Below are positions 37,051 to 48,554 of a stretch of 64,000 nucleotides of DNA, piece after piece. Position 1 is the stretch's first letter, and every line of letters starts with the position of its first letter. The stretch is from Chiloscyllium plagiosum. Its lineage: Eukaryota. The position numbers and the translations under genes were made by a program. The DNA lies in assembly GCF_004010195.1 (NCBI RefSeq), contig NC_057720.1, forward strand, positions 14,945,939 to 15,009,938, read 5' to 3'. A model generated the notes under the pieces. It saw nothing but the letters and a program-made list of their open reading frames with translations, had not been told where the DNA came from and did no database searches.

Positions 37051-37877
37051 TTCTATCACTCAGAGATCTGACAGCATCACTGATGAAGGCCGCTGTTGAT
37101 AATGCTGCAGGAAGAGAGAAAGGATGTCTCTATGCTGAGGTATTCCTGCAGGAAAGATTAGCTTTTTCCTGCAGACTGTGCCACTCACAGACAGACAGAC
37201 CTGGTGTTGAGGGGGCTCCTGTTGTGCTGTCATAGCTCAGGAGGTGGAGGGTGGACCACAGCCATTGCTGACAGGGGGTCTCTCAGTTGGCCATGGAGCA
37301 ACTGCAAAGGAGAGACCCCTCTGTCCAGTCAGAAGTCGCCTAGGATTTAACCGGTACCCTTCCCATGCAGCAGTTGTTCCTTCTCTTGTCACTAATATCC
37401 CAACAAGGGCTGGAAATGTCCCTTAACGGGGCAATTAATTGACCAACCTTGGTCCTTGCCTCCAGTCAGCAGTTAGCCACACTAATGAGACTCTTACCAT
37501 TGAGAATATCTCATGGGTAAAAAGATGTTGGCCCCCTTTCCCAGTGTCTTCCTCTGCCATTTTATGAGGTCTCTTGGTGAAAGAGAGCACTGAAGCCAAC
37601 CATTACTCGATCTTGTATTTATTTACAGAACTAAACATTACAAGCATATAGCCCTTAACTTGGTAAATTCAGTAAGTCTCTCTTTACAATTGCTCAATTG
37701 AAACTCTAATTAATGTCCACCACCTGCAGACATTAAATGAAATTACTATGCAATTGACAGCGAATAAACTAGTCTGTGTCGCAAAAAGAGGCAAGAGAAA
37801 GTCTTGCACTCTGTGTCACCACCACCAGCAACATTTCTTTATGTTCGGTCTATGAGAGTTTACTCTTTCTGACAATG

Positions 37878-38093
37878 AGAGAAAGTGAGGGCTGCAGATG
37901 CCGGAGATCAGAGCTGAAAATGTGTTGCTGGAAAAGCGCAGCAGGTCAGTCTGCATCCAAGGAATAGGAGAATCGACGTTTCGGGCATAAGCCCTTTTTC
38001 AGGAATGAGGAAAGTGTGTCCAGCAGGCTAAGATATCTTAGCCTGCTGGACACACTTTCCTCATACCTGAAGAAGGGCTTATGCCCGAAACGT
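37878..38093. mobile_element. Palindromic PLE mini-element (family A)
   Basis: Perfect centre taagatatctta 38029-38040; 14-bp TSD tctttctgacaatg 37864-37877 / 38094-38107. Confidence 0.9.
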
Positions 38094-38774
38094 TCTTTCT
38101 GACAATGGCAGACGAACTCTGCAGGACATGTCAGTACAAGTTCCAGTTGGCATGATGTTGCAAGCTTCAAGCCTTGTGAGATTGCAAACCAAACACTTTT
38201 AATCATTACTGTGAGTTGGAAACAAATTGCAAAGGCACCATTCGAACCATATGTCAAAAACGCACACCAACTGAGGTCTCAGGGTTTATTTTTCAAATCC
38301 TTTACAATTGCTGTATATTTTACAGCATTTTTGTCATGTAAGCATCCCAAAACTCAAGTAATGCATGTTCATTTGAGCTGGGCCATTCCATAAAAGCATT
38401 TATTTGTCAGTGTGAAATATGAGCTTGGAGAATGATTTATCAGATACAGTGTGTATTTATAAATGCATCTTTAATTGTGCAAGTTTATTACTGTACTTTG
38501 GATGGTTGTCAATAGATATGCAGGTAGCATCACTTGTGCGTCTGTGCTATGACGACCAAACTGTTACTTTCCCATATTTGGTTCGGGTCCTATGTATGCT
38601 GTGCAGAGATGGGTTTCATTAATCCTTTCACTGTCTTCACTTCAAAGGAGAAGATTAAGTAAATGAAATTCTCCAGATCTCTTTCAAAGGATTTGAAATG
38701 TTCCACTGCCCATTAACCACTTGGCTGTGCTTTATTTTCTCTCCCGGTTAACTGATACATTAGAATACAGTTTC

Positions 38775-39225
38775 ATTTGAATGGGTGGGAATCTGGAAGC
38801 TTTTCACTCATGTCTGAAGTCAAGCAGGGGCTGCCCTCTCTTCTCTGCCCTGTTTTGCATTCTATAGAGTTTGTTTTGCTTAGAACATCAGTAAGGACGT
38901 AGGTATAATGTGGGATAACTATTCCTGCTAGTGGAGGCATTCCAATGCTCCCTGTACACACATAACATTACCATCTTCTGCTAAGGGTCCACAGTTAATA
39001 TGCTAACTGTTTAGCATCAGTGACCAGTTCAATCTAACATCAGGAAGCAAAGTAAACCAAGGCAAAGGCAAGACCATATCCTTTGGGGGACAAAGCAACT
39101 TAAATAAATACCTGGTTCAATTCATGTTAGAATGCAAGCTTCCAAATAATAAAAATAAATGATGAAAATTCATTGCGCTAGTGCTGGGAAATTGTGGAGA
39201 ACCTCTTTTAAAGTATCCTTGTGTC
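38775..39225 (+). mobile_element. Old L1/Tx1-clade RT remnant
   Basis: Decayed motifs NGWES, VKQG-CPL, TIPASGG, SGSKVNQGK. Confidence 0.55.
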
Positions 39226-39237
39226 TATTAAAGGCAG

Positions 39238-39447
39238 AGCTGAAAAATGTGTTGCTGGAAAAGCGCAGCAGGTCAGGCAGCATCCAAGGAGCAGGAGAAT
39301 CGACGTTTCGGGCATAAGCCCTTCTTCAGGAATTCAATTATGCCAAAACGTCGATTCTCCTGCTCCTTGGATGCTGCCTGACCTGCTGCGCTTTTCCAGC
39401 AATACATTTTTCAGCTCTGATCTCCAGCATCTGCAGTCCTCACTTTC
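39238..39447. mobile_element. Palindromic PLE mini-element (family A)
   Basis: 14-bp TSD tctattaaaggcag 39224-39237 / 39448-39461; inverted arms. Confidence 0.9.
39297..39334 (-). ncRNA. Minimal hammerhead ribozyme, intact core (family A)
   Basis: Minus strand attc-CTGAAGA-A-GGGC-ttat-GCCC-GAAA-C-GTC^gatt. Confidence 0.75.
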
Positions 39448-39574
39448 TCTATTAAAGGCAGCCCACACAAAGTCAGACACCACCGTCCTCTCTTGTATCT
39501 CAAACCTAGTGGCCCATTCCCCCACAGTCCCTCTCTAGAGTCTGCCCACCCCGCCCTCTGGAACTCCATAACCA

Positions 39575-39687
39575 AAAACTGCGGAGGCTGGAAATCAGAA
39601 ATTGCTGGAAAAACTCAGCAGCCTGGCAGCATCTGTGAAAAAAAAGCAGTGTCAACCTTTCAGCTCCAGTGACCCTTCTTCAGAACT
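39575..39687 (-). mobile_element. Family D hammerhead mini-element; related copies at ~16960-17020, 41865-41960, 54645-54772, 55310-55410, 58815-58905
   Basis: Minus strand gtt-CTGAAGA-A-GGGTC-actg-GAGCT-GAAA-GGTT-gac. Confidence 0.7.
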
Positions 39688-39729
39688 ATTCAGCACAACC
39701 ATTAGTTTTTTTAACAAATTATTATTCTT

Positions 39730-40465
39730 TTGGTGTGGGTGTCACCGGCTAGGTCAGAATTCATTGCCTGTTCTGAATTGCTCAGAGGGCAGTTAAGAGT
39801 CAATCACATTGCTGCAGCTCTGAAATCACAGTTAATTGAAAAGACCAGATAAGGATGGCACATTGAAAGACGTTAATGAACCAGATGCATTTTTTCTTAC
39901 AACAAAACAGTTGTAAAATGGTTGCCGCTTTGCTAGTTTTATATTTTGGATTTTTGTTAAATGCAAGTTTTACTATTTACTGTGATAGGATTCAAACTTA
40001 ACTCCCAAGACTTTGGCCTCCAGCCCCACATTACTACTCCAGTGATATTGCCTTTACACCACTGTCTCCCCCATAGCTGTAGAGCAATGCCTGGCCACCA
40101 TTCAAACCTAGATTGGGATGACATATATGCCTCCCAATCGTATTTTATATCCACATGGGATAAGGGCATTGCTGGCTAGGGCAGAATTAATATAGTTATT
40201 AATTGTCCACAGGGCAGTTTAAGCTGTGGATCTGGAATCACATACAGGCCAGACCAGGTAAGGACAGCAGTTTCCTTCCTTAAAGGACATTAGTGAGCCA
40301 GATGAGTTTTTCTGACAATTGAATCATTGTCATTATTAGATTCTTAATTCCAAATTTTTATTGAATTTAAATTCCATCATCTATCATAGCAGAATTTGAA
40401 CCCAGGATATTATCTGGATCTCTGGATTAATAATCCAGCAAAAATACCACTGACCATCGCCTTCC
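39730..40465 (-). mobile_element. Two copies of the second tRNA-derived SINE family
   Basis: Reverse complements of 23925-24285 at ~39730-40050 and ~40155-40465. Confidence 0.7.
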
Positions 40466-41053
40466 ATAGTCTGGTCAACAGCCCTCTAAGGACAGGATTT
40501 CCTTCCGAGACAAGGGTAGACATTGTGGATAAAGTATCTGCAGGCAAACAGTATTGCGGGTGGAGAGAGGGTCCCAGTCAGGTTTTATTTGGGTGATGGG
40601 GGGGCTTGTCACCCACACTACCTCCTAAAATCCAAAACATGAGACTTTTGAGAAACCAAATTAGAAAAGATCACATGTCACTGGGAGATGATAGAAAAAA
40701 AGGAATTGTATTGTACTTCTCTTGAACGTTACTGCATGTGTCATGAACATCTCAAAGCTCTTCACATCCAATTAATGCTTTGGAAACTGATGTTTCCAAG
40801 ATACCAGCATTGTTCACAATGAGCTCAATAGTCTTTATTAATCCTGCATGTTTCTATCTTCTTGTGCCCCTCTGTAATTGTCCCTAAGATGTGAAGAAGT
40901 ACATTACTCCAGCCAGTGCAATTCTAAAACAAAACATGAAAAATATTGTTAAGTATTTTACATGAATATTTTTCAGAAGTATTCATCCAGTGCACTAATC
41001 TAAATATCCCTAGTATAGTGCTCTGATAATTCTTAATGATTTTCAGTCTTTGT

Positions 41054-41720
41054 TGTGACGTTACAATGGATTTAAGAGGTGTATTTTGTCCTTTTTTTTG
41101 TGAAGAGAGAAAGGTTAATGAGTGGTCTGTTCTAAACCAATAAGGCAAACAGCTTGTGAGACCTTGAGTATTTTTTTAAAGTTGGAACAACAGAAGCAGC
41201 CTGAAGGGGTGGGGTTTAAGTTCCCACAGAAGCAGGATTTTAGTTTAGCTTTCAGTAGCTGTTGGGATTTGGAAGCTGTTATATATCTCTCCCTGGTGCT
41301 CTGTCTCTCTCTCTCTCTCTCTCTCTTACTCACTCACTCAGTTTTCTTTTGATATTCTTTCCTCCTGGACTGGAGAATGGCATGTGAGACAGTCTATTTT
41401 CCTGAATGTGCCTTTGCCAAGAGCCTGTTCATGACATGTTACTCTATTAGAACAGTTGCTGCTTCATATATAAATCATCTATTATTCTGTTAAGTCTCCT
41501 AATCGAGTGAAGTTATTCCAATTCTATTTTTTTTGTCTGTATTTTAACAATAGTGCAAAAATAAAGTGTGTTTTGCTTCACGCCTAGTGTTTTGACCAAT
41601 CAAATTGCATCCAGAACGCAATGCTTTACACCTGCCTTTAAAAATAAGAAAAGTTGGTGACAAGGCTATCTTCTTAACATATTTGATGGGGGTGGGGGCG
41701 GTTTGGTCTGGTCCATATCC
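41054..41720 (+). mobile_element. Solo LTR, same family as 33950-34794
   Basis: TGTGACG start; shared cctcctgga.tggagaa..gcatgtgaga, aataaa.tgtgttttgctt and tctggtc.ata end. Confidence 0.7.
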
Positions 41721-42559
41721 GTGTGACAAAATATCACTTATGTTAAAGTTAATTATCAATTCCCGAACATGATAACAAAATGTACTAAGGATTCAAGGGA
41801 GACCAGGAACACCTGTGGGGTATAAGAGATAGTCAGGAGGTGATCACTGGAAGAAGTACAGACAGTGCTGGAGAAACTCAGCAGGTCTGGAATCTTTTAT
41901 GGAGATAGAAACAGAGATAACTGTATGACCTATAACGTATCCTGTATGACTGCTTCCAGAAGAGATTAATCTCCACACCTTAAAACAAAAAAAACACAAG
42001 GACTTGGTGAGCTGCATCACTGGTTTAGTGACATGTGCACCAGTACCCTCTGAGCCATGTTTTTCAACCCATTAGGACATTTATTTTCTGAGTAGTATGG
42101 GACCAATTTATTCCTCCTACAAATATTGTCTGGATTCATACTTGCTTGGAGAGTAAATGCCTAACCCACATTTTGCCATAATTCTACTCTTTTATAACTA
42201 CCCAACTAATCTGGTGTTATCTGAAAACTGAGGTTATACTTCCAGTGCCAGTCTAAAGCATTTCTCAATGGCACTTACTCTTTTGGACTGAAATGTAGTT
42301 AAAACAAAATCAAACAGTTGCTTAAATCATAAAACTAGATGTCAAAGTAATCTCTGGTTCTCACTCTTGTTGACATTCGGAAATGTATGACTGCTTCCGA
42401 CTTCTGAAATCTGATAATGTTGTTTTTTCTAATTAATAAATGGTACTAACAGACATTTCTGTTTTAAAAGTCCATCCATTGGGAGTTAAACCAAAAAGGT
42501 CTCAAGACGTAGGCCACAACTGAACATACATATTGCAGTGGACTGTTTTAGACGATAAA

Positions 42560-44310
42560 ACCATAAGATATAGGAGCAGAATTAGGCCATTCAGTCCATC
42601 GAGTCCACTCTGTTATTCAATCATGTCTATTTTGTTTCTGAACCCAAGTCTTTCAAGGTGAGAGGTGGAAAGTTAAGGGAGATACACGCGGCAAGTACTT
42701 CACACAGAGGGTGGTGGGCGTTTGGAAGGCATTGCCGGCAGTGATGGGTAGAGGCAGGCACGGTAGATTCATTTAGGATGCGTCTGGACAGATGCATGAG
42801 TAGGTGGGGAGCAGAGGGATACAAATGCTTAGGAATTGACCGACAGGTTTAGACAGTACATTTGGATCAGCTCAGGCTTGGAGGGCCTGTTCCTGGGCTG
42901 TAAATTTTCTTTGTTCTTTGCTGTCTTGCCTTCTCCCTTTAACCCTTGATCTCCTTACCAATTAGGAACCTATCTATCTCTTGTCTTAAATACACTCAAT
43001 GACTTGACCTCCACTGGCCTCAGTGGCAATGAGTCCCACAGATTAACCATGCTCTGGCTGAAGGAATTCCTCCCCATCTCAGATCTAAAGGGTCGTTCCT
43101 TCACTCTGAGGTTACATCCTCAGGTCCTTGTCTCTCCCGCTAGTGAAAACATCTTCTCCATGTTCGTTCTATCAAAGCCACTCAGTATTCTGCAAGTTTC
43201 AGTCGGATTCACCTCATCCTTCTAAACTCCATTGAGTATAGATTCAGAGTCTTCAATCGCTCCTCGTATGACAAGCCCTTCATCTCAGGATGATTCTTAA
43301 AACTCCTCCAAAGCCAGAACATCCCTCCTTAGATACAGGGTCCAAACCTACTCGTAATATTCCAAATGCAGTCTGACCACAGCTTTATACAGCCTCAGCA
43401 ACAATTCCTGCTGTTGTATTCTTGCCCTCTTGAAATCAATGCCAACATTGCATTTACCTTCCTAACCGCTGACTGAACTTGGATGTTAGCCTTGAGAGAT
43501 TCCTGAACTCAAACTCCTTCGTTCATTTGTGCCTCAGATTTCTGACGTCTTTCCCCATTTGTAAATATTTTAACCTCTATTCTTTCGATCAAAGTGCATA
43601 ATCTCAATTTTACTCATGTTGCATTCCATCTATCACTTCGTTGCCCCCTCTCCTAGCCTGCCCAAGTCCTTCTGCAGTCTCTCCACTTCTCAAGACTACC
43701 TGTCCCTCCACCTATCTTTGTGCCACCTGCAAAATTTAGCAACAATGCCCTCAGATCCTTCATCCAAATTGTTAATGAATAACGTGAATAGTTGTGGTCC
43801 CAACATAGAGGCCTGTGAAGTTCCTCTAGTCAATGACTGCCTTCCTGAGAAGGACCCCTTTGTGCTACCCTCTGCCTTCTGCCAGTCAGCCAATACTCTA
43901 TCCATGCCACTATCTTGCCCCTAACGCCTTGGGCTCTCATCTTATTTTGCAGCCTCCTGTGCAGCACCTTGTCAAAGGCCTTCTGGAAATCACGTGGATC
44001 ATGTCCACTGGCTCTCCTTTGACTTACTTGTTCATAATCTCCTCAAAGAATTCTAACAGATTTGTCAGGCATGACCTGCCCTTGATGAAGCCGTATGATT
44101 CAATCCTATTTTATCATGCAGTTTCAAGTACTCCGCAATCTCTTCCTTAATAATGGACTCTAAAATCTTATTAACAATCTAACCAGCCTATAGTTTCCTG
44201 TTTTCTGCCTCTTCCACTTCACAAACAAAGGGTGTTACATGAGCCATTTTCTGGGGCCCTCTGGGGCCCTCCATGGCTTCAGTGATTTCTGAAAAGTCAT
44301 AATCAATGCC
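42560..44310 (-). mobile_element. CR1 LINE RT/3' fragment with an opposite-strand CR1 tail inserted (42650-42920)
   Basis: LGPQLFTLFINNLDEGSEGIVAKF motif; CR1 tail. Confidence 0.8.
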
Positions 44311-44992
44311 TCAAATAACAAAAGGGTGAGTTTTAGAGTGCATCTAGCTGTAGGCAACACAATGCGACCTTCTAAAATGCAAAACAGTGCTTCCTGCCTC
44401 AACAGACATCAGAATGGGAACGATTCATGTTGACAATTACAGCATTTAAAAAGTCGGTTTCTCAACTAAATGAGAGTTTTAGACCAAAACTTGCATGAAT
44501 CTTCTTTCACAACTGAAAGGTGACTCATCAGTCTGAAACAGACACTTGTCAGTGCAGACTTGATAGGCCGAAGGGCTTCTTTTGCACTGTATGATTCCTA
44601 TACAAGGCGAACAAATATCATGCTGATTGCTAAACCATCTTATTGGGTCGAACTCTAAGAACAAGAATTCCAGAAACCACATTGTGAGAGGAATTGTGAC
44701 AAAGGAAAGACAAAAGGGAAAATGGTGTAAAGGAACAAACTCTCTGGAGGGAACGTCAGGCAAAAAGTGCTGAGACACACCTCTGGTGAAGAATGAAGGG
44801 CTTTCTCGTCCTTCCAAAGACATCGATTATTCAACATTGGAACCCAGACTTCAAATGTTACTCTCTTCATTTCAATATTAAGAAGCTCAAACAATAGCCC
44901 TAATGGTCTATGATTGATAATAATTGAAACTGTCTCATTATCAGGATTTCCTTGCTTTATCTGTGCTGGTTTCAATTGTGAAATCTGTGACT

Positions 44993-46078
44993 AGAACATA
45001 GAACATAGAAAAGTACAGCACAGAACAGGCCCTTTGGCCCACGATGTTGTGCCGAGATTTAATCCTGATTTAAAATATAGTAACTTAACCTACGCATCCC
45101 TCAGCTCACTGCTATCCATGTGCATGTCCAGCAGTCGCTTAAATGTCCCCAATGACTCTGCTTCCACCACCTCAACTAACAACGCATTCCATGCATTCAC
45201 TGCTCTCTGTGTAAAGAACCTACCTCTGACGTCTCCTTTATACCTTCCTCTTAATATCTTCAAACTATGACTTCTCATATCAGTCAATCCTGCCCTGGGG
45301 AAAAGTCTCTGGCTATTGACTCTATCTATTCCACTCATTATTTTGAACACCTTGATCAGGTCACCTCTCTTCCTCNNNNNNNNNNNNNNNNNNNNNNNNN
45401 NNNNNNNNNNNNNNNNNNNNNNNNNNNNNNNNNNNNNNNNNNNNNNNNNNNNNNNNNNNNNNNNNNNNNNNNNNGAGTTCGACCTTCCAAAATGCATCAC
45501 TTCTCATTTATCCAGGTTGAACTCCATCTGCCATTTCTCAGCCCAGCTCTGCATCCTGTCTATGTCGCGCTGCAGCCTGCCGTAGCCCTCTATACTATCG
45601 ACGACACCTCCAACCTTTGTGACATCTGCGAATTTATTAACCCACCCCTCAACCTTCTCATCCATGTCATTTATAAAAGCTACAAAGAGCAGAGGCCCAA
45701 GAACAGAGCCCTGCGGGACCCCATTCCACACTGTCCTCCAGGCAGAATACTTTCCATCTACAACCACTCTCTGCCTTCTGTCAGCCAGCCAATTCTGAAT
45801 CCAGATAGCCAAATCTCCCTGTATCCCATAACCTCTGACTTTATGAATGAACCTACCATGGGGAAACCTGTCAAATGCCTTGCTGAAGTCCACATACACC
45901 ACATCCACTGCTCAACCGTCGTCGACTTGTCTTGACACCTCCTCAAAGAACTCAATAAGATTTGTGAGACATGACCTGCTCCTCACAAAGCCATGCTGTC
46001 TGCCTTTAGTTACACTATGCTTTGCCAAATAGTCATAAATCCTATCCCTCAGAATTCTTTCCAAAACTTTGCTGACCA
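44993..46078 (-). mobile_element. CR1 LINE RT/3' fragment spanning an N gap
   Basis: VDFSKAFD, GVPQGSVLGPLLF, KFADVTK; tail (tagaaca)n. Confidence 0.9.
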
Positions 46079-46489
46079 ATTTCACCTTTTTTATTTCTAA
46101 GGAACTTTCAATAATAAATTGCAGTAAAGCTGACCTTTAAGGTGCTTAAATAAGAAGTCTGAAATGTTGCTCTGCTTTAACTGGAATCACAGCAAGTTAA
46201 TGTCAAGTCTACTCGAGTTATATTCATCTACAGTTCACTGATCATGTGACGGGCAGGTCTGGTGCTGAGGCACACTGCTCAGAAAAGGTGACAAATGACC
46301 CAGGAAATTGACAGAGGATTGGCTTTACATCAGCAGCAGATAAAATAATATCCATTACTAAGCTACAGGAAATTTGAAAATCCGTTCCTCAGTAAGAATA
46401 TGATTTTGAGAAGGTGCAGTCATTTGCAGGAAGCTTTCAAACTAAGGCCCTCACTGCCCTCTAAGTGAAAGATCCCAGGGTACTTCAAC

Positions 46490-46797
46490 ATTTACATGAT
46501 GACTGTGAGCTCTACCTCACCATCAACTCTCTTGATGCCTCTGCCATCAGCGATTTGTCACATTGCATATCTGACATTCCCTACTTGACGATCAGATTAG
46601 ATATTGAGACGACTTATGCTAAGTCTTTGCTGTCTGCCATAAACGCTGTCCCCAAGACATTGACTCCATCATCTCTTTGGCCAAAGCTTGAGCCTTAATA
46701 GACCATTAGTGTAATATGTGATCCAGAAATGAGCTTCCAACTATATGTTCATACCATCACCAACATTGCAAGTTTCCACCTCTGTAACATCACTCAG
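46490..46797 (+). mobile_element. Old L2 LINE RT remnant, continuing at 51470-51498 and 52257-52415
   Basis: HLHDDCELYL (YADDxQLY-like), FHLCNI; downstream piece LIQNSSARVL. Confidence 0.65.
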
Positions 46798-46920
46798 TTA
46801 GAGTCATAGAGTCACAGATTCATAATAGACCATTAGTGTAATATGTGATCCAGAAATGAGCTTCCAACTATATGTTCATACCATCACCAACATTGCAAGT
46901 TTCCACCTCTGTAACATCAC

Positions 46921-48545
46921 AGATTCATAGAGAGGTGCAGCATGGAAACAGACCCTTCGGTCCAACTTGTCCATGCTGACCAGATATCCCAACCAAATCT
47001 AGCCCCATCTGCCAGCACCTGGTCCATATCCCTCCAAACCCTTCCTACTCATATAACCATTCAGATGCCTTTTAAATGTTGCAATTGTACCAGCCTCCAC
47101 CACATCCTCTGGCGGCTCATTCCATACCCATACCACCCTCTGAGTGAAAACGTTGCCTCTCAGGTCTCTTTTATATATTTCCCCTCTCACCCTAAACCTA
47201 TGCCCTCTAGTTCTGGACTCCCCCACCCCAGGGAAAACACTTTGTCTATTTAACTTATTCATGCCCCTCGTGACTTTTAAAATCTCTATAAGGTCACCTC
47301 TCCGCCTCTGATGCTCCAGGGAAAACAGCCCCAGCCTATTCAGCCTCTCCCTATAGCTCAAATCCTCCAACTCTGGCAACATCCTTATAAATCTTTTCTG
47401 AGCCCTTTCAAGATTCACAACATCTTTCAGATATGAAGGAGACCAGAATTCCACGCAATATTCCAACAGTGGCCTAACCAATGTCCTGTACAGCCGCAAC
47501 ATGACCTCCCAATTCCTGTACTCAATACTCTGACCAATAAAAGAAAGCATAACAAATGCCTTCTTCACTATCTATCTACCTGCGACTCCACTTTCAAGGA
47601 GCTATGAACCTGCTCTCCAAGGTCTTTTTGTTCAGCAACACTCCCTAGGACCTTACAATTAAGTGTATAAGACTTGCTAAGATTTGCTTTCCCAAAATGC
47701 AGCATCTCGCATTTATCTAAATTAAACTTCATCTGCCACTTCTCAGCCCATTGGCTCATCTGATTAAGATCCCATTGTAATCTGAGGTAACCTACTTTGC
47801 TGTCCGCGACACTTCCAATTTTGGTGTCATCTGCAAACTTACTAACTGTACCTCTTATGCTCACATCCAAATCATTTATATAAGTGATGAAAAGTAGTGG
47901 ACCCAGCACCGATCCTTGTGGCACTCCACTGATCACAGGCCTCCAGTCTGAAAAACAACCCTCCACCACTACCACCCTCTGTCTTCTATGTTTGAGCCAG
48001 TTCTGTATCCAAATGGCTGGTTTTCCCTGTATTCCATAAGATCTAACCTTGCTCACCATCTCCCATGAGGAACCTTGTCGAACACCTTACTGAAGTCCAT
48101 ATAGATCACATCTACTGCTCTGCCCTCATCAATCCTCTTTGTTACTTCTTCATAAAACTCAATCAAGTTTGTGAGACCTGATTTCCCACGCATAAAGCCA
48201 TGTTGACTATCCCGAATCAGTCCTTGCCTTTCCAAATACATGTACATCCTGTCCCTCAGGATTCCCTCCAACAACTTGCCCACCACCAATGTCAGGCTCA
48301 CCGGTTTATAGTTCCCTGGCTTCTCCTTACCACCCTTCTTAAACAGTGGCACCACATTAGCCAACCTCCAGTCTTCCGGCATCTCACCTGTGATTATCGA
48401 TGATACAAATATCTCAGCAAGAAGCCCAGCAATCACTCCCCTAACTTCCCACAGAGTTATAGGGTACACCTGATCAGGTCCTGGGGATTTATCCACTTTT
48501 ATGCATTTCAAGACATCCAGCACTTCCTCCTCTGTAACATAGATA
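46921..48545 (-). mobile_element. HER1/CR1 LINE, 5'-truncated, lightly frameshifted ORF2 RT
   Basis: ORFs 48053-48598, 47568-48059, 46999-47568: KSPGPD, QHGF, DFSKVFD, GVPQGSVLGP, KFADD. Confidence 0.95.
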
Positions 48546-48554
48546 TTTTTCAAG

